This document shows, piece by piece, positions 52,301 to 64,000 of a stretch of 64,000 bases of DNA. The position numbers and the translations under genes were made by a program. Numbering within the stretch: position 1 is the stretch's first letter; each line of letters opens with the position of its first letter. This stretch comes from Tubiluchus corallicola (Eukaryota > Animalia > Priapulida): positions 434,001-498,000 of the forward strand of contig JAQGDQ010000112.1 of the NCBI GenBank assembly GCA_030141605.1. Reading direction: 5' to 3'. The notes below the pieces were generated by a model. The model was not told the origin of the DNA. It saw nothing but the letters and a program-made list of their open reading frames with translations, and made no database searches.

Positions 52301-55300
52301 CTGTGGAAGCATTAGTGCGAAAGTTCAGGTACAAGCAAATGCATATGAGCATATGAACATAAGACAATAAGGAATAAATACAGGTGAACAGTGATAAAGT
52401 CACAGGAAAAAAGTCACAATTTTGGCTAGGAAAAAGTTACAATTTTAGCTAGGAAAAAGTTACAATTAATTTTGGCTAGGGTTAGGATTAAGGTTAATTA
52501 AGGGTAGGGTTATTTCTCTTTTTCCGATGACTTTGTTCAGTGACATTTTTACCTGCGACTTTTTCACCTGGCAAATTGGTAAGTATTCTCCAGAAAATCA
52601 ATTTTCTGGGCGATTTCATCTGTCAAGCAGCATCTGACTGACAAGGCCAAGAAAGCTTTGTTTGGTTCAGTGCCTTAACTTACAGTGTTATGCTTAACAA
52701 TAAATTCAATATTAGTTGGAGTTGAACAAGCAAATCCTATGATTAAATGCTGTATTTTAGCTTGAAGTGTGTTGAACAAATGAAAATTAAACCCAAAACC
52801 AACTTGCTGTGCAAACCTTCTTTACTCACCTGAATGGCTGACTAAACAAGCTACCAATTATTTAATAAACTTGTCATTCACATGCAACAGCTATCAGTCA
52901 TGTAATACGTAATACAAGTAGTCCATACTTGTCAATTTCCTCTTCACGATAGGCCCACTCTTGTCGTTCCATTGCCTCCATCATTGCTTTACGCTTCAGT
53001 ATCTGCCTGGGATCACCAGCACGCAGGGGTGGCAATGTTTCTTCCCATGCCCTCTTCTGCCGTGCCCTTTCTATCGTTTGTATTTCTGCTTGTCCGGGTG
53101 GCAGGCCATCACCTAAAAACATGCAGGAGAAATATTATTTATTTCAGAAACTAGGAACATACAAAATAAGGTTTAATGTCCCATCTTCCTCCCTCTCTTC
53201 AAAAAGGTTGCCCTGAATTATAATTTAAATAAGGAATGAAAACTCATAACACTTAACTGTAGATTGCTAGCAAGGATAGCATACACGTTTAACATCCAAA
53301 ATTAGCTACACTCAGCCATTGTGTTGTGATTAACCTTCTTGCTGGGAAATTTAAGCATTTTAGCATTAAAAATGGGCAAATAAAATTTTCGAAAATGTGT
53401 AATGTTAAGAAATCGTGTGTAAAAGCCTATAAAAATAAAAATATGTTTACTATCACTTACCCATCAATGTTTTTACGGTATAGACAATACTCCTTTCTTA
53501 ACTAGCACTAGCATTAGATCCAGCTAAAGCATGTCAGATTCATTATCACCAAAGTGCAGACTGATTACTATTAGTACTAACTACTGTACTAGACTGATCC
53601 AACATTACCTCATCACTACTCTCACTATATCATCTCTCAAATTTATATCACTTTCAACAGAATCTGTGTCATTTGTACAATTTGTACAACCTCACTGCAC
53701 TTCATTACATTCTTACATTTTTACACGCCACCATTATTACTATGTCCAAACAAAACAAACATGCAACATGTGGTATTAATGGGATATTTACAACCTTTTG
53801 CATAACCAATGAGGCCAAGATATACCTGACAGGGCTTTAGGAGACATAAAATTCATTAGCAAAGCCTATGTAGAAATATACAAAGAAAGCAATGAAAAAG
53901 TCTCTCTGCACGAGAACTGATAAACAGCAAAAAATGACTCAGCCAGTAAAAGGGTTAATCTTACTAGGACCAACGCAGCAACTCGACAAAGCTGACTCAA
54001 AATAAATACTATCAAAATTAGCCTGCAACATGCACAGAACCTATTTTGGTTAAATCACACAGTTTTGTTAAATCTTCTCATTGTTTATGTACCCCAGGTG
54101 AATTTCATCAAAGTTAGGACTTCGGGGTTGCATCCCTGCTGGACAACGTACTCCGGAGTGTATGGTACTGTCTGTGCCTCGCCGTCGCGATAGACAGTCT
54201 GTACAGCAGTGGTTTTATTAGCAGGTTCAGTAAGTTCAACCTCAGATGACTCATGAAAAGCTGCTACCTGTTCTTTTTGTTGAACTAATCTGTAAAAAGT
54301 GGGAAAATACCAACAAATGCACGTATAAAAATATATATTTTGAGCTTATATAATAAAATTTGCAATTTAACTTTTACAAATGAATCTTGCATAAAGACAA
54401 ATTAGCTGAGGCAAATGTTAAAGCATTGTAAAGCTCTGGTGCTTACATTTTTCATTTGAAGGAAACACCTCGAAAACTGTCAGAAAAAACAAAGTTTAAT
54501 GGAATGTTTATATTTCAATTGTAAAATTGACATTTCATATTTCACAGTACTTTTTGCAAACTTACTATAATTTTGCCAAGCAACACAAAAACTGAGTGTA
54601 TTTCTTTGCAATTTCAAATGTACAAAGTTTATCTTCTGTAAAAAAGTAGAATGTGTGGTTCAAGAGCTTAGCTAGAGAGTATTTTTATTGAAAAAATTTA
54701 CGGAACCCTTACAATCAGTTTTGGAAAAAAAATTTATTAAGACTATAACATATGATCTTTTAAACTGTATCATAAAAGAGGCATTATACCTTTCTAAGAA
54801 GATTGGAGTTTGCCGTTGTAAAACAAGCCCTGGTGTTGATTCTTCTATGAATGGAATCTGTGGCCTATGAAACAACATTAGAATGGTTATTATCTAACGA
54901 GCCTAGATTTGATAGCAAGCAGTGCTGGCAGAATGAGTTCCGCAGATTAATGTACATTTTTCTATTGCTAATAATGACAGCTTTTAGTGACATTAAAATT
55001 ATGTGACTAACTTTTTCAGCAAAAACAATGTCTACAGTTGGCAGACTACATAGCCTCCCTGCTACAGATTGGCTACACGTCTTTCTTAATAATGCTGCAT
55101 AAGCAGTTGCATAGCAAACAGGGGAGCAAGGGTGGCTCCCCGGACACATTTTTCAAAACTGGTGCCTTTACAACCATTTTTTAAACTCTTTAGTTCACTT
55201 GCGCCATTGAATCTTCTATATTAATTTTTTTATCGCATGGCTTTAGAAGAATTTTCTGGAGTCATTACTTTATTTGACCAACCTGCCTCCTGTGTTTTTA

Positions 55301-58300
55301 AAATAAGCGTGCATCTACGCAACTCATTTGCCAAGGTAGATCAATTGAACCAAGGATCAAATGTGCCACTATGCCTTTTTGATATGTGTCATGAGGCCTT
55401 TTTTATGTGTTCGCTCGAGTTGCTCCCCCTAACTTTAGAACTTGGCTATGCCCCTGATGAGAATACCTCTGCAAGTTAGTCAAGCTTAAGTGCCAATGTG
55501 CTGTGTAACTCATGTTCTTGGTTTGCGGTGTGATGACATTTTCACGGGAGTGGTGACTTAGTAAAATAATTTGGTTACATTTTAAGCAGATATGTGACAC
55601 ATTAATTATGGCTTGATTCTTGTTTGGATTACAACTTAATGTTGTATCAATGTTAAATTCATGAAACTTAATGAACCTAACTACATTCTTGCAACCGCTC
55701 TTTGGATTATGACCTTTTAGGGTCGCTAGGCTAATGAAATTATGGGTCCCCTTAGATATAGCCACTGTCCAATTCAGTTATCTCAAAGTGGGGCCCAATG
55801 TCTCAAATAAAAGATTTCAAACAAGGGGCCTCTCGTAAATAAAGTGCCTCAATGAGAGCCCTGTATCTCGAATAAATGGCTCAAACAGGGGCCATGTAAC
55901 TCAAATCAAATAAAGGGCTACTAAACACTGACCACTTTTTTTAAATTTGGGTTTTCGGACTCACTACTTTTTAATATTGAAGTTTTATTTTCGGTTAAAT
56001 GAATTATTCAGCAATACAAAATATTAAAATTTTATTCTATTTTCCTGTACTCACTTTCAAAAAAAGATATTTGAAAATTGTTTATATGGAACCTTCAAGC
56101 TTGAGGTTCGAAGCTTTAGGCCTCTCCTAACTTGAAGGGTCCTAGGCTGCAGCCTATACTAGCCTATAAGATAATCTGGCCCTGATTGTGTAAGTCGTGG
56201 CAGATCTGTAACTGTAACTTTAAAAGGTGATACTTTTCATTAAATCGCATTATGTTTTGAGATTTCAAAATATTTGCAGGCAACTGTAAAGCAAATTGTT
56301 ATACAACGCCGTCCAGTAAATTGAAAAGATTTTTTAAAGAAAAGAAAACTTACCTTCCAAAATACTTGTAGCGTTCCTTCCCACGGACAGCTTCAGGGTT
56401 GCAATCCGACGGGCTTGATTCTGTACCCAACCACTGCCTCGGTACAAATGGGGGTACTGGATCAACTTGAGATAGTTGGACATTATATGGAGGGTGGTGA
56501 CGTAGTTCGCTGAACATAGTGTTGTACTTAGGCATGCATTTCTGTGACAAAATCAAAACAGAAATTGAAAAAACACGTAATCCTTGGTCCAGCTTGTGAT
56601 AAGCAATTCTCTAAGCCTCACAAATGCAATGCAGCACTGTCAGTGCTATCTGTGGTTCGTTGATACACTGGATGACCTATTCCACAAGAACATGCATATG
56701 ACTAACAGAATATTTATATACGACCTGGTCTTCTAATAAGTGCTAGCAACGTACTTAATATACTGCCTGGCTAACATACAAAAATGAGAATTGAAAAATG
56801 ATAAAAGCAGTATCAAATAAAAAATACACATTACTCAAAATTTGTGATTTATAGATGAGAATAGTCACATTCAGGCTCAGTCTGAACTCTGAAAATAATC
56901 TTTCTACAGTGTGAATGGGTAAAAAATTTCCAAATTAACAATAACAAACTGATAAATCACATTCAGACCTTGCAACTATAATCAGCTTTTGAACTGCTGC
57001 CTTGCAAAACCTGAGTATAATATAAATATTAACATATTAACATAACTTTTAGACAACCTATGAAAAAAATCAACTTTAAATTAATTTTCCAAATATATTT
57101 TTGCATATGTACTTGTAAAATTCTAAATATAAGCCTATATTAAAAGTTATTTACAAAACCATTTCACTTACAAGACGGTCAGTAGCAGTGTGTGCTCTAA
57201 ATTCGGCCCGTGCATAATCTCTTTGACTTGATAAAATAAAGTCTGGATCTGGAATAAAACAATAAGATGAAATTGCTGACAAAATGTCACTGTTATCAAA
57301 GCTTTTTGTTTCATATTATACCTAATACCAATCTTACACATATGTACATCTCTTAATCTACTTGATGCATTACAATGTACTTATGCAGAGATGTACGTAT
57401 GCACATATAGAATGTCATAAACAGGAGGATATATAGCATTGCAAAAATATACATTTTGAAGTTAATTCGTTAACTATGCCCATTAGTAACATAATCACGA
57501 CAGAAAAATACAGAAAAAACACTAGTAAAATACTTGAAAATCATAGAAAAATCTGTCTGACTGATTGATCCATAATTACCTAGAATCATTTGATAAACAA
57601 TATCTAATGCAAGACTTAGTAAAAGTTGTTACATAATTTTTCATGAATACTGGTATAGCATGAGTATATTCGTTAACCCTTTCTCCAAAGAGCTATTTTA
57701 CAGCTGAACTATTCGGTAATCTACATATAATGCTAAAATTCAATTCGTTGAAATATTTACACAAACACGATCCACAACTTGGATCAAAAGCCGATGAAAT
57801 CAAATGTTTCAACAATTATGCATTAAAATCAGCGCATAACTACATATCCACTCTCTGCAATTGTATAAACAACACTGACAGGATAGCAAATAGACATTTT
57901 ACTGTACATATTATTATTAAGCGTTGCACTCCATATAAGTGCAATATGGTTCAAATTGTGCCAATGCTCCCCTTTGTCACATTGGTTACATCCTACCTGT
58001 GATGTAGGCATTACTTATATTTACCACTAGCCTCCATCCAATCTGAGCTTCTCTGTTGGGGACAAACAAAAAATTTGTACAGTTCCAGTGTTTTCTGTTA
58101 TTGACTATACATATACATGCAAATAAACAAAAAAACTGGGAACACACCCTGTACTGTAATTTTAATTATTCTTGCAAAGTATTGTATACCAGATCAAATA
58201 AGAGCACAATACTTGCAATGCACATTGTGAACCATCATACTCACTGTAAAGATGATCATGAGTTCTGTGAAGTTGTACAGCATGAGCATGAGATCTCCTA

Positions 58301-58317
58301 CCAGTTCCAGTTTTCAT
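43400..58317 (-). CDS. CFAP91: Cilia- and flagella-associated protein 91 (MAATS1/AAT-1; PaaSYMP domain and IQ motif), 16 coding exons
   Basis: Exons 58317-58245, 57248-57172, 56541-56354, 54864-54790, 54289-54093, 53112-52929, 52169-52012, 51363-51181, 50180-50029, 49415-49242, 48653-48507, 48000-47867, 46966-46870 (or -46879), 45605-45466, 44552-44461, 43740-43400; phases are consistent. Motifs TMFSELRHHP, DPVPPFVPRQW, RYKYF, QTVYRDGEAQTVPYTPEYVV, GLPPGQAEIQTIERARQKRAWE, EWAYREEEI, VPRPPTP, LQKIIRG and REAEESGKRQVE. Confidence 0.92.
45316..45402 (-). pseudogene. Tandem duplicate of the 3' end of CFAP91 exon 14 including its donor site
   Basis: 45316-45402 copies 45445-45532: KLAEKINNTAYEACR versus ELAQKINNAAYEAHG, each followed by AC|GTAAGTAAC. 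The copy carries a 1-nt deletion. Confidence 0.8.
48220..48455. repeat. Degenerate (CAT)n trinucleotide tract in CFAP91 intron 11
   Basis: Direct reading; it explains the Met-, His- and Ile-rich spurious ORFs. Confidence 0.9.
50320..50489. mobile_element. Fold-back element with AAAAAGTCACA arms and a TTAGGG-like core, copy A
   Basis: Repeated GGAAAAAGTCACA on the left, inverted TG(A/T)CTTTTT(A)CC on the right, and a core TTAGGGTAGGATTAGGGTTAG. Confidence 0.7.
52381..52570. mobile_element. Fold-back element with AAAAAGTCACA arms and a TTAGGG-like core, copy B
   Basis: Ends CAGGTGAA...TTCACCTG; same arms as copy A; core CTAGGGTTAGGATTAAGGTTAATTAAGGGTAGGGTTA. Confidence 0.7.
55100..56185. mobile_element. 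Cluster of degraded DNA-transposon fragments with a degenerate minisatellite of about 30 bp
   Basis: TIR-like ends (CAGTTGCATAGC..GGGG near 55103, CCCTTAGATATAGCCACTG ending about 55767, AATCTGGCCCTG ending about 56184) and GGGCC...CTCAAATAAA repeats at 55790-55920. Confidence 0.4.
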
Positions 58318-59566
58318 TTTTTCTAACAAGAGTCTAAAAACATACTACATGGGAATTAAACAGAATGGAAACAGTTGAACAAAGTGTAAATGTAGAACTA
58401 TAATCACATTTATTCATCCTAAGCAAGTCATTTTTAACAAAAGTCTATTTGTCAACTGTTAAACTATTAACACATTACATGCTTTGTGGAAATTGAAAGT
58501 GTAAGGGCCAACTTTCATGGCACAAAAACCTTGTGAGAAAAACTGCGTTAAAACAAATGCAGTTATGTCAATTACAGTTATTCAATTAATGATAATATGG
58601 ACATATATATGGTTCACCAAGTTTCTACTTTTAGAGATTAAGGGGTGATTTTTTTCTAATGATCTAAAGTTTTTATATAGTCGTTAGTCAGTTTGTCTTT
58701 ATATAACATGTAAACGTTTTGTCCATCCATTTTTCGGGTACGCCATTGGTCACATATATCACAGTACTTTGTAATTTCAATGAATCGAACCAGTTTTGTT
58801 TCGTGCATGATCAATGTTTATCAACTGTGTCTTCTTCAGAACACAGATGTAGTAAAACAATTAAAATTTATTTGGATGTGTACATGTTTTATTTTTTGTG
58901 TATTACATACACAAAATTCTAAAAGGCGATTAACACCATACTGTATTATCTAAGTAAACATTTGTCATTATGTTCACAAAATCTTCAAAAAGGTGACTGT
59001 ATTATGGTCACTTACCAATTTCTTCTCTAGATCGTTTCGTGGATTAAGTAATGGTCATTCTAATAAACATTTGTGCCCCTGTGCAAGAACTAATGTGCAG
59101 AAGCGGTTGTGTGGTCTTTGTGTAATCAAATGCTAGCATTTTCCCAAGCAGTGTAACTAAGATTAATTGCAAATAAAATTTTTTAGAATAATTATAACAA
59201 ATTTAAAAGTGCAATAGATATAGTGCAATACCGCTTTCAATGCCAACGACAGCACGATCTACCATCACTAACCCTCAATGATAATGAATTAACGCTGTAA
59301 ATCGAATAGCTTAAGCACACAGATTGAATAACTTACTTAGTTACTAAGATTAGTCCAGAAGAGGCAGAAATCTGAAAAAAATTATTAAAAAGACAATACA
59401 GGAATAAGCCAGAATTTTAATATTTGCTCGCGCGCCCAAATAATACGAAACGATTTAATAGTCAAAAAATGCCACAATAACGTACTATAACAATGAGCTT
59501 GACATTTTGTAATTATTCGTGATAAGATCGCAAAAAAACGCTAATAACGAGCTAATGTTTATCCAT

Positions 59567-59580
59567 GCTGCTATGGTAAC
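59567..59580. promoter_or_regulatory. RFX X-box upstream of CFAP91
   Basis: GCTGCTATGGTAAC versus the consensus GTTGCCATGGCAAC, with a canonical right half. It lies about 230 bp from a likely first-exon donor (GTAAGT near 59336) in a CpG-enriched patch; an extra GGCAAC half-site is at about 59665. Confidence 0.65.
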
Positions 59581-60879
59581 CAAATTTTCTGCAGTCACAT
59601 CAGTCTCTTCATTGGTAAAAGTATGATTTCGGGCTCTGCGCACGTGGCATTTATTCACGACACTGGCAACGCAAGCCTTCTTAAATAAAAACTATACAAC
59701 AATATAAGCATACCTTTCTGAAACGTTTAATTGTTATTAATGTTATTACTAATGGTATTAGTTATAGGGGGAGCATTCTCTACCGGAAAATGAATTCGAA
59801 TCAAATCGAATTTGTGACTTTCAAACTCGAGTCGAACCACATTTCAGATTTTCGAAATAGGTTCAACTAGGACTCTTTGAACAAGGTTTTGAACCACCAA
59901 TAAAAAGCGGTATTACAAAGATTATGTACATCGTTCAATTTCAAGTGCTGAATAGCAGCTTAGCAAACTGACAGTGATCGTAAACTTATAGTGTTATTGA
60001 ATAAACTCTAGACTGGAGTTGTACATTATTAGTGATAATTGTATTCTGACTGAGTAGATTTATTATACTCTTTATGATTTTTTGGGTTAGATGTATGGCT
60101 AACCTTGATTAAAAATTATTTCAGTGACAAGATCGTCACTTCTTGCAGTATATTTTAATTTTGCATTACTGTGGTTTGGCATATCCAGTAATTATTAACC
60201 ATTCTTGTGACTTTTGTATGTGTTATTGATGCTGTTTACCATATTTATCTGTAATTGTTATACAAGCTCTATGTAATATTCAAATCATTGCTAAATAATT
60301 ACCTCTTAGACTTGTTTTGTAAAGATGCAGTCAATAAATGAATGACCAAGAGTGTAGTATACATCGTAAGCACTTACGACTGACTGTTGGCAGTCAATAG
60401 ATTGTCACTTTTTTCAACAGTTTTTTCTCATTGTGCACCACGCATTGTGAATGTTCTTCTTTTAAAAATGAAGCTGAGCCAGTTCTTAGATATTATAATA
60501 AGCACTTCGCTACATTTCTACACTAAACACCTAAGGGGAGAGTATGGGATGATTTAGAGTTCGTCAGTAGTTATGACCCCCAAAATGAGTTTTTAAGAAT
60601 ATAAGCATTGACCTACTCACACAAATTAAATAACTCTTATCCTATAATCTCCTTATAACAGGCCATCCAAATTTAGCATTTCGAATGCTAGCTCGCTCAA
60701 ACTAGATCGAGTGGTCCTAATTAATTATACTAACATTACTCGTTTTATTTTGATTATTTTTTATCCTGAAAATTAGGCTGAAATTCCCGTTATAATTGTA
60801 TAGTCTTAAATTATTAATGATATTACAAACACAAAATTAATTAAATTTTGATAAAACTTGAAAGATAAGGAAATATGAA

Positions 60880-60955
60880 AAAATTGGACTTCAGACAGGA
60901 ATCAAACCTGGAGTTCTGGTTACGAGGCAGCTGCTACAGACCAACGTCCAATTGA
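60880..60955 (-). mobile_element. tRNA-related SINE-like remnant
   Basis: The minus strand reads TGGTCTGTAGCAGCTGCCTCGTAACCAGAACTCCAGGTTTGATTCCTG, with A-box-like and B-box-like (GGTTTGATTCC) motifs followed by a T run. Confidence 0.35.
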
Positions 60956-61279
60956 TCCAAATTCATGGTTCTATTCACAATTACATAGATATAGCCTGCC
61001 TGATCATATGTTGTGAAGGTCCACTACTGTTTCACCAGAAAGCTTGACATCTACCAAAGAAAAAACCCATAGAAGTTAAGGTTGTCAAAAGGCAGAAATT
61101 TAACCTCAGCGGCTTATAAATCGGATGTGCATTAACTGCAAATATCACTGTTTGTTCCAAGCACTAGTTTTGGGTTTACTGTACAACAGGAACGAAGACG
61201 AAAGAGATGTGGTTAGAGAATGGTTCAGTAAATTTGCTGCTTTTCTAAAAACTTTATTTAGCTGTGGGGAATTTTTGAC

Positions 61280-61500
61280 AATGTAGTCCTGGTACTGCGG
61301 ACGGAGCGCTCATCGGCAATAAATGAAGTCGCGCTGGAAATGCAGCAGCAGTAGCCGCGCGATTCCTTGAATGGCGCAGATTTGTTGGCACTTTTAAAGT
61401 TTTTCCTTTGAGTTTTTTGTAAAATTTGGCGCGTTTATCGGGGAATTTCCGATAGATTATTAGCAATTTCGTTGATACTAATTTTTATCACGTGCTTTGT
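61280..61500. promoter_or_regulatory. CpG-enriched patch, possible promoter or first exon of a gene whose CDS lies beyond the window
   Basis: Cluster of CG dinucleotides (GCGGACGGAGCGC, GCCGCGCG, TTGGCGCG) in AT-rich background; no coding exon was identified. Confidence 0.35.
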
Positions 61501-64000
61501 AAATAGGGAGCTTGCATTGAAGAAAACTTGAAAGTCTTACTGCAACAAGAACACAGAAACGAGTAATCTACTTTATTGTAATCTTTATTACACATTCATT
61601 GTAATTGAGCACAATTTTGTTTCATTAAGGTTTCTTTTCTCGCTGATTCCATTATTTTGATCTCATCTATGATACCTCTTGGAGTTTGCTTCTTGGCTCA
61701 TGTGGGTATACCAATATCGAATGGTGTGCACTTACGCTAATTTTCCGCATGTTAATTACTGAATCCATAACCATAATTTATCAAAACATTTTTGCTATTT
61801 ACTGAAACTGTTGTTGTTTAATGTTCATGCGATTCAACATTGATTTGCATTGATTGGTTTGATTTCTCATCAATCGTATATTATTATAAAACGAAATTGT
61901 TTAATTTCTCATCGTTATTATACACTATCCTCAGTATTACTATTAAAATAGGAGATTCCTCACAGCAAATTAGGGTAGCATCAACTTTATGTTTAAAATT
62001 GTTCACATTGGTGGTTCTGACTAACGATTCTGGTAACTGTTACTGTTGTCAGGTGTATCCCAAGACTGTTGCTGTGTTGCCTGTGCTGCTACACTTGTTA
62101 CTGTTGCTGTTGTTGTTGCTGCTGTTGTTGTGGCTATTTAAGCACTTGCTTGTTTACTAAATAGTTTATTTACTCACTGAAGTTCAGGCCGTCGTGTGAC
62201 CTTTGTCCGACGATCTGTCATCAGTTAGTGAGCAGTGAGTTTACTGCAGAGGGCCCCTTCCTGTGTTCTTACTGCTGTATCACGTACGGTAGCACCTGCA
62301 CGTGAGATGATTAAAGTGCGACGGCACTGCGCTGAGGCTGCCTCACACTCTCAACCAGCATTTTCTTGTTTTCGAGTTCTTCAACAGTGTAATCATTGCC
62401 TTTAACTGATACTGTTAAAATTGTGCCGGCTGCATATTTTGAATGATTTTTGTCAAGCTTTTTTTAATTGCCTGTGTATTGTTAACCATCTGAGCAAGTC
62501 GTCAAGGCTGCTAACAATTTCTTGAGAAGTAGGGAAAATTTTGAAGATTTGTAAAGGCGTGACCCTCATTGCTTGGTTTCTGAGCTGTATAAAGCAACTT
62601 ATAATTCTTCTGGAAAATGATGTTAAGTCCCAAATAAATTTGTTAGAAAATTATGAGAGTTACAGAGTCAAAAGATTTATTAATATCAACAGCTAATTTT
62701 CTGAGATATTTTACTGATTCTAATTTTTTATCCATTTAGTGGTGCTGTGATGACAATAAATGAATGCGCACAATGAGTGACTGCATGCAGTAAGTATACA
62801 GATTGTTTTTCATACCAGTCAAAAAAAAATATGTTCCACTATTTTCCAAAGTGTCTTTCAAATCACTTGGCTAAGATTTTTGTGAGTGTAGTCAGTCTGA
62901 GTTGATCAAATTAGGTGAATTTAACATATTTATTGAGCATGGACGATCGTTTATGCTATCATAGCCAAAACGACCATCTGCTCTCATTAAATACGTTGAT
63001 TCCTAGAAGCACTAGGTGAGTTTATTTTTGATATGCAGTATTAACAGTCTGCTTTTTCAAAATTTGGAATTTTCAACTGAGTCAAGATGTGTGCTGCTAG
63101 TCAGCTAGTATTTCAGCATGTTTTTAATACAGACGCAATAAGTGTCCACTTTGCTTGCAGCCAGTTTTTTAATTCTTTTTTTATGAAAATTTATTTATCT
63201 GTAAACATTTGGATCGTGGATCACCATTAAAATGGGACATAACTGTTATTTTCCACTGAAACTCAACTCTATACATCTCCTGGCAAGTTCAGTTTAAGGT
63301 AGTACATGTACTGAAATCGTTAGAAGTGCTTATTTTGAAATGGTTTTGAAGATTTTGTTGACTAATAACTTAATTTGGAAGATGTAACATTGGTCACCTA
63401 ATTTAGTAACTCTAAAAACTGCGATGAATTTTTGTGTTTAAAGTGTGATCAATGTGAAACAACATTTCCTCGTTTTGCTGCCCCCAAAAGTCAAGACAAG
63501 AGCAGACAAGACTGCTCTGGCTCAGATGAAACATCGTATAACTCATTATAAGGTGAAAGAAATTATAAGTGTCATGTCTGTGAGTTTTGAATTTCGTTTT
63601 AATGCAAACTTACATGATCATCTAAAGAGAAAACGACCCAATGTTTAAATCATAGTTTTGAACAATATGTGCATGGTTAATTGATGTAAGAAGGTGCTTC
63701 GATTCCGTAATGTTTGCCTGGATTCCATCGCAGAACTCGCACAGACAAATGCTACATCTATAAACTGGAATTTAGCTTTAATACAATCTTACATGATCAT
63801 TTTAAGAGGAAAACATACTAAAATTTGAGGGTTATTAATTAGTCAAATTTTGAACTTAAGGCAAAATTGCTTCAGTAGCGAGAAGTGGAAATTATTGTAC
63901 TTGGTAAAAACTTGTTGTTTTTTTTCAATAATTTCTGAATGATTTAGAGTTGCAAACTATAAAATTTTACCACTATTAGGAGATGAATCGTCAAATTTTG

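Noticed and set aside
57540-57575. Candidate CFAP91 start (ATGGATCAATCA...)
   Set aside because: It hits TGA after 10 codons; the exon at 58317-58245 (RTHDHLY) fits both homology and phase.
61840-62160. 106-aa ORF with a poly-Leu segment that looks transmembrane
   Set aside because: The Leu run comes from a (TGT/TGC)n microsatellite; TTG start and no homology recognised.

Overview
AT-rich, intron-rich animal (probably invertebrate) genomic DNA; not prokaryotic, and no CRISPR array or rRNA was seen. Seven protein-coding genes can be spliced by hand: STAMBP/AMSH (5' part, minus), PDSS2 (minus), MYCBP/AMY-1 (plus), VBP1/prefoldin 3 (minus), BUD13 (minus), a PAFAH1B2/B3-type SGNH esterase (plus) and CFAP91/MAATS1 (minus). 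They include two head-to-head pairs (PDSS2/MYCBP and BUD13/PAFAH1B). Introns and spacers carry a young RTE LINE with a perfect 14-bp TSD but a deleted RT core, CR1/L2-type LINE tails, many MITEs (pogo/Tigger-, hAT- and Kolobok-like), small fold-back elements with telomere-like cores, and microsatellites. The points most worth a second look are: a U12 minor intron in MYCBP; MYCBP linked to its reported binding partner CFAP91/MAATS1; BUD13-PAFAH1B linkage mirroring human 11q23.3; a probable GC-AG intron next to a duplicated exon end in CFAP91; an RFX X-box; and CTCF-like motifs at promoters. All homology calls come from recalled family motifs, not from database searches.
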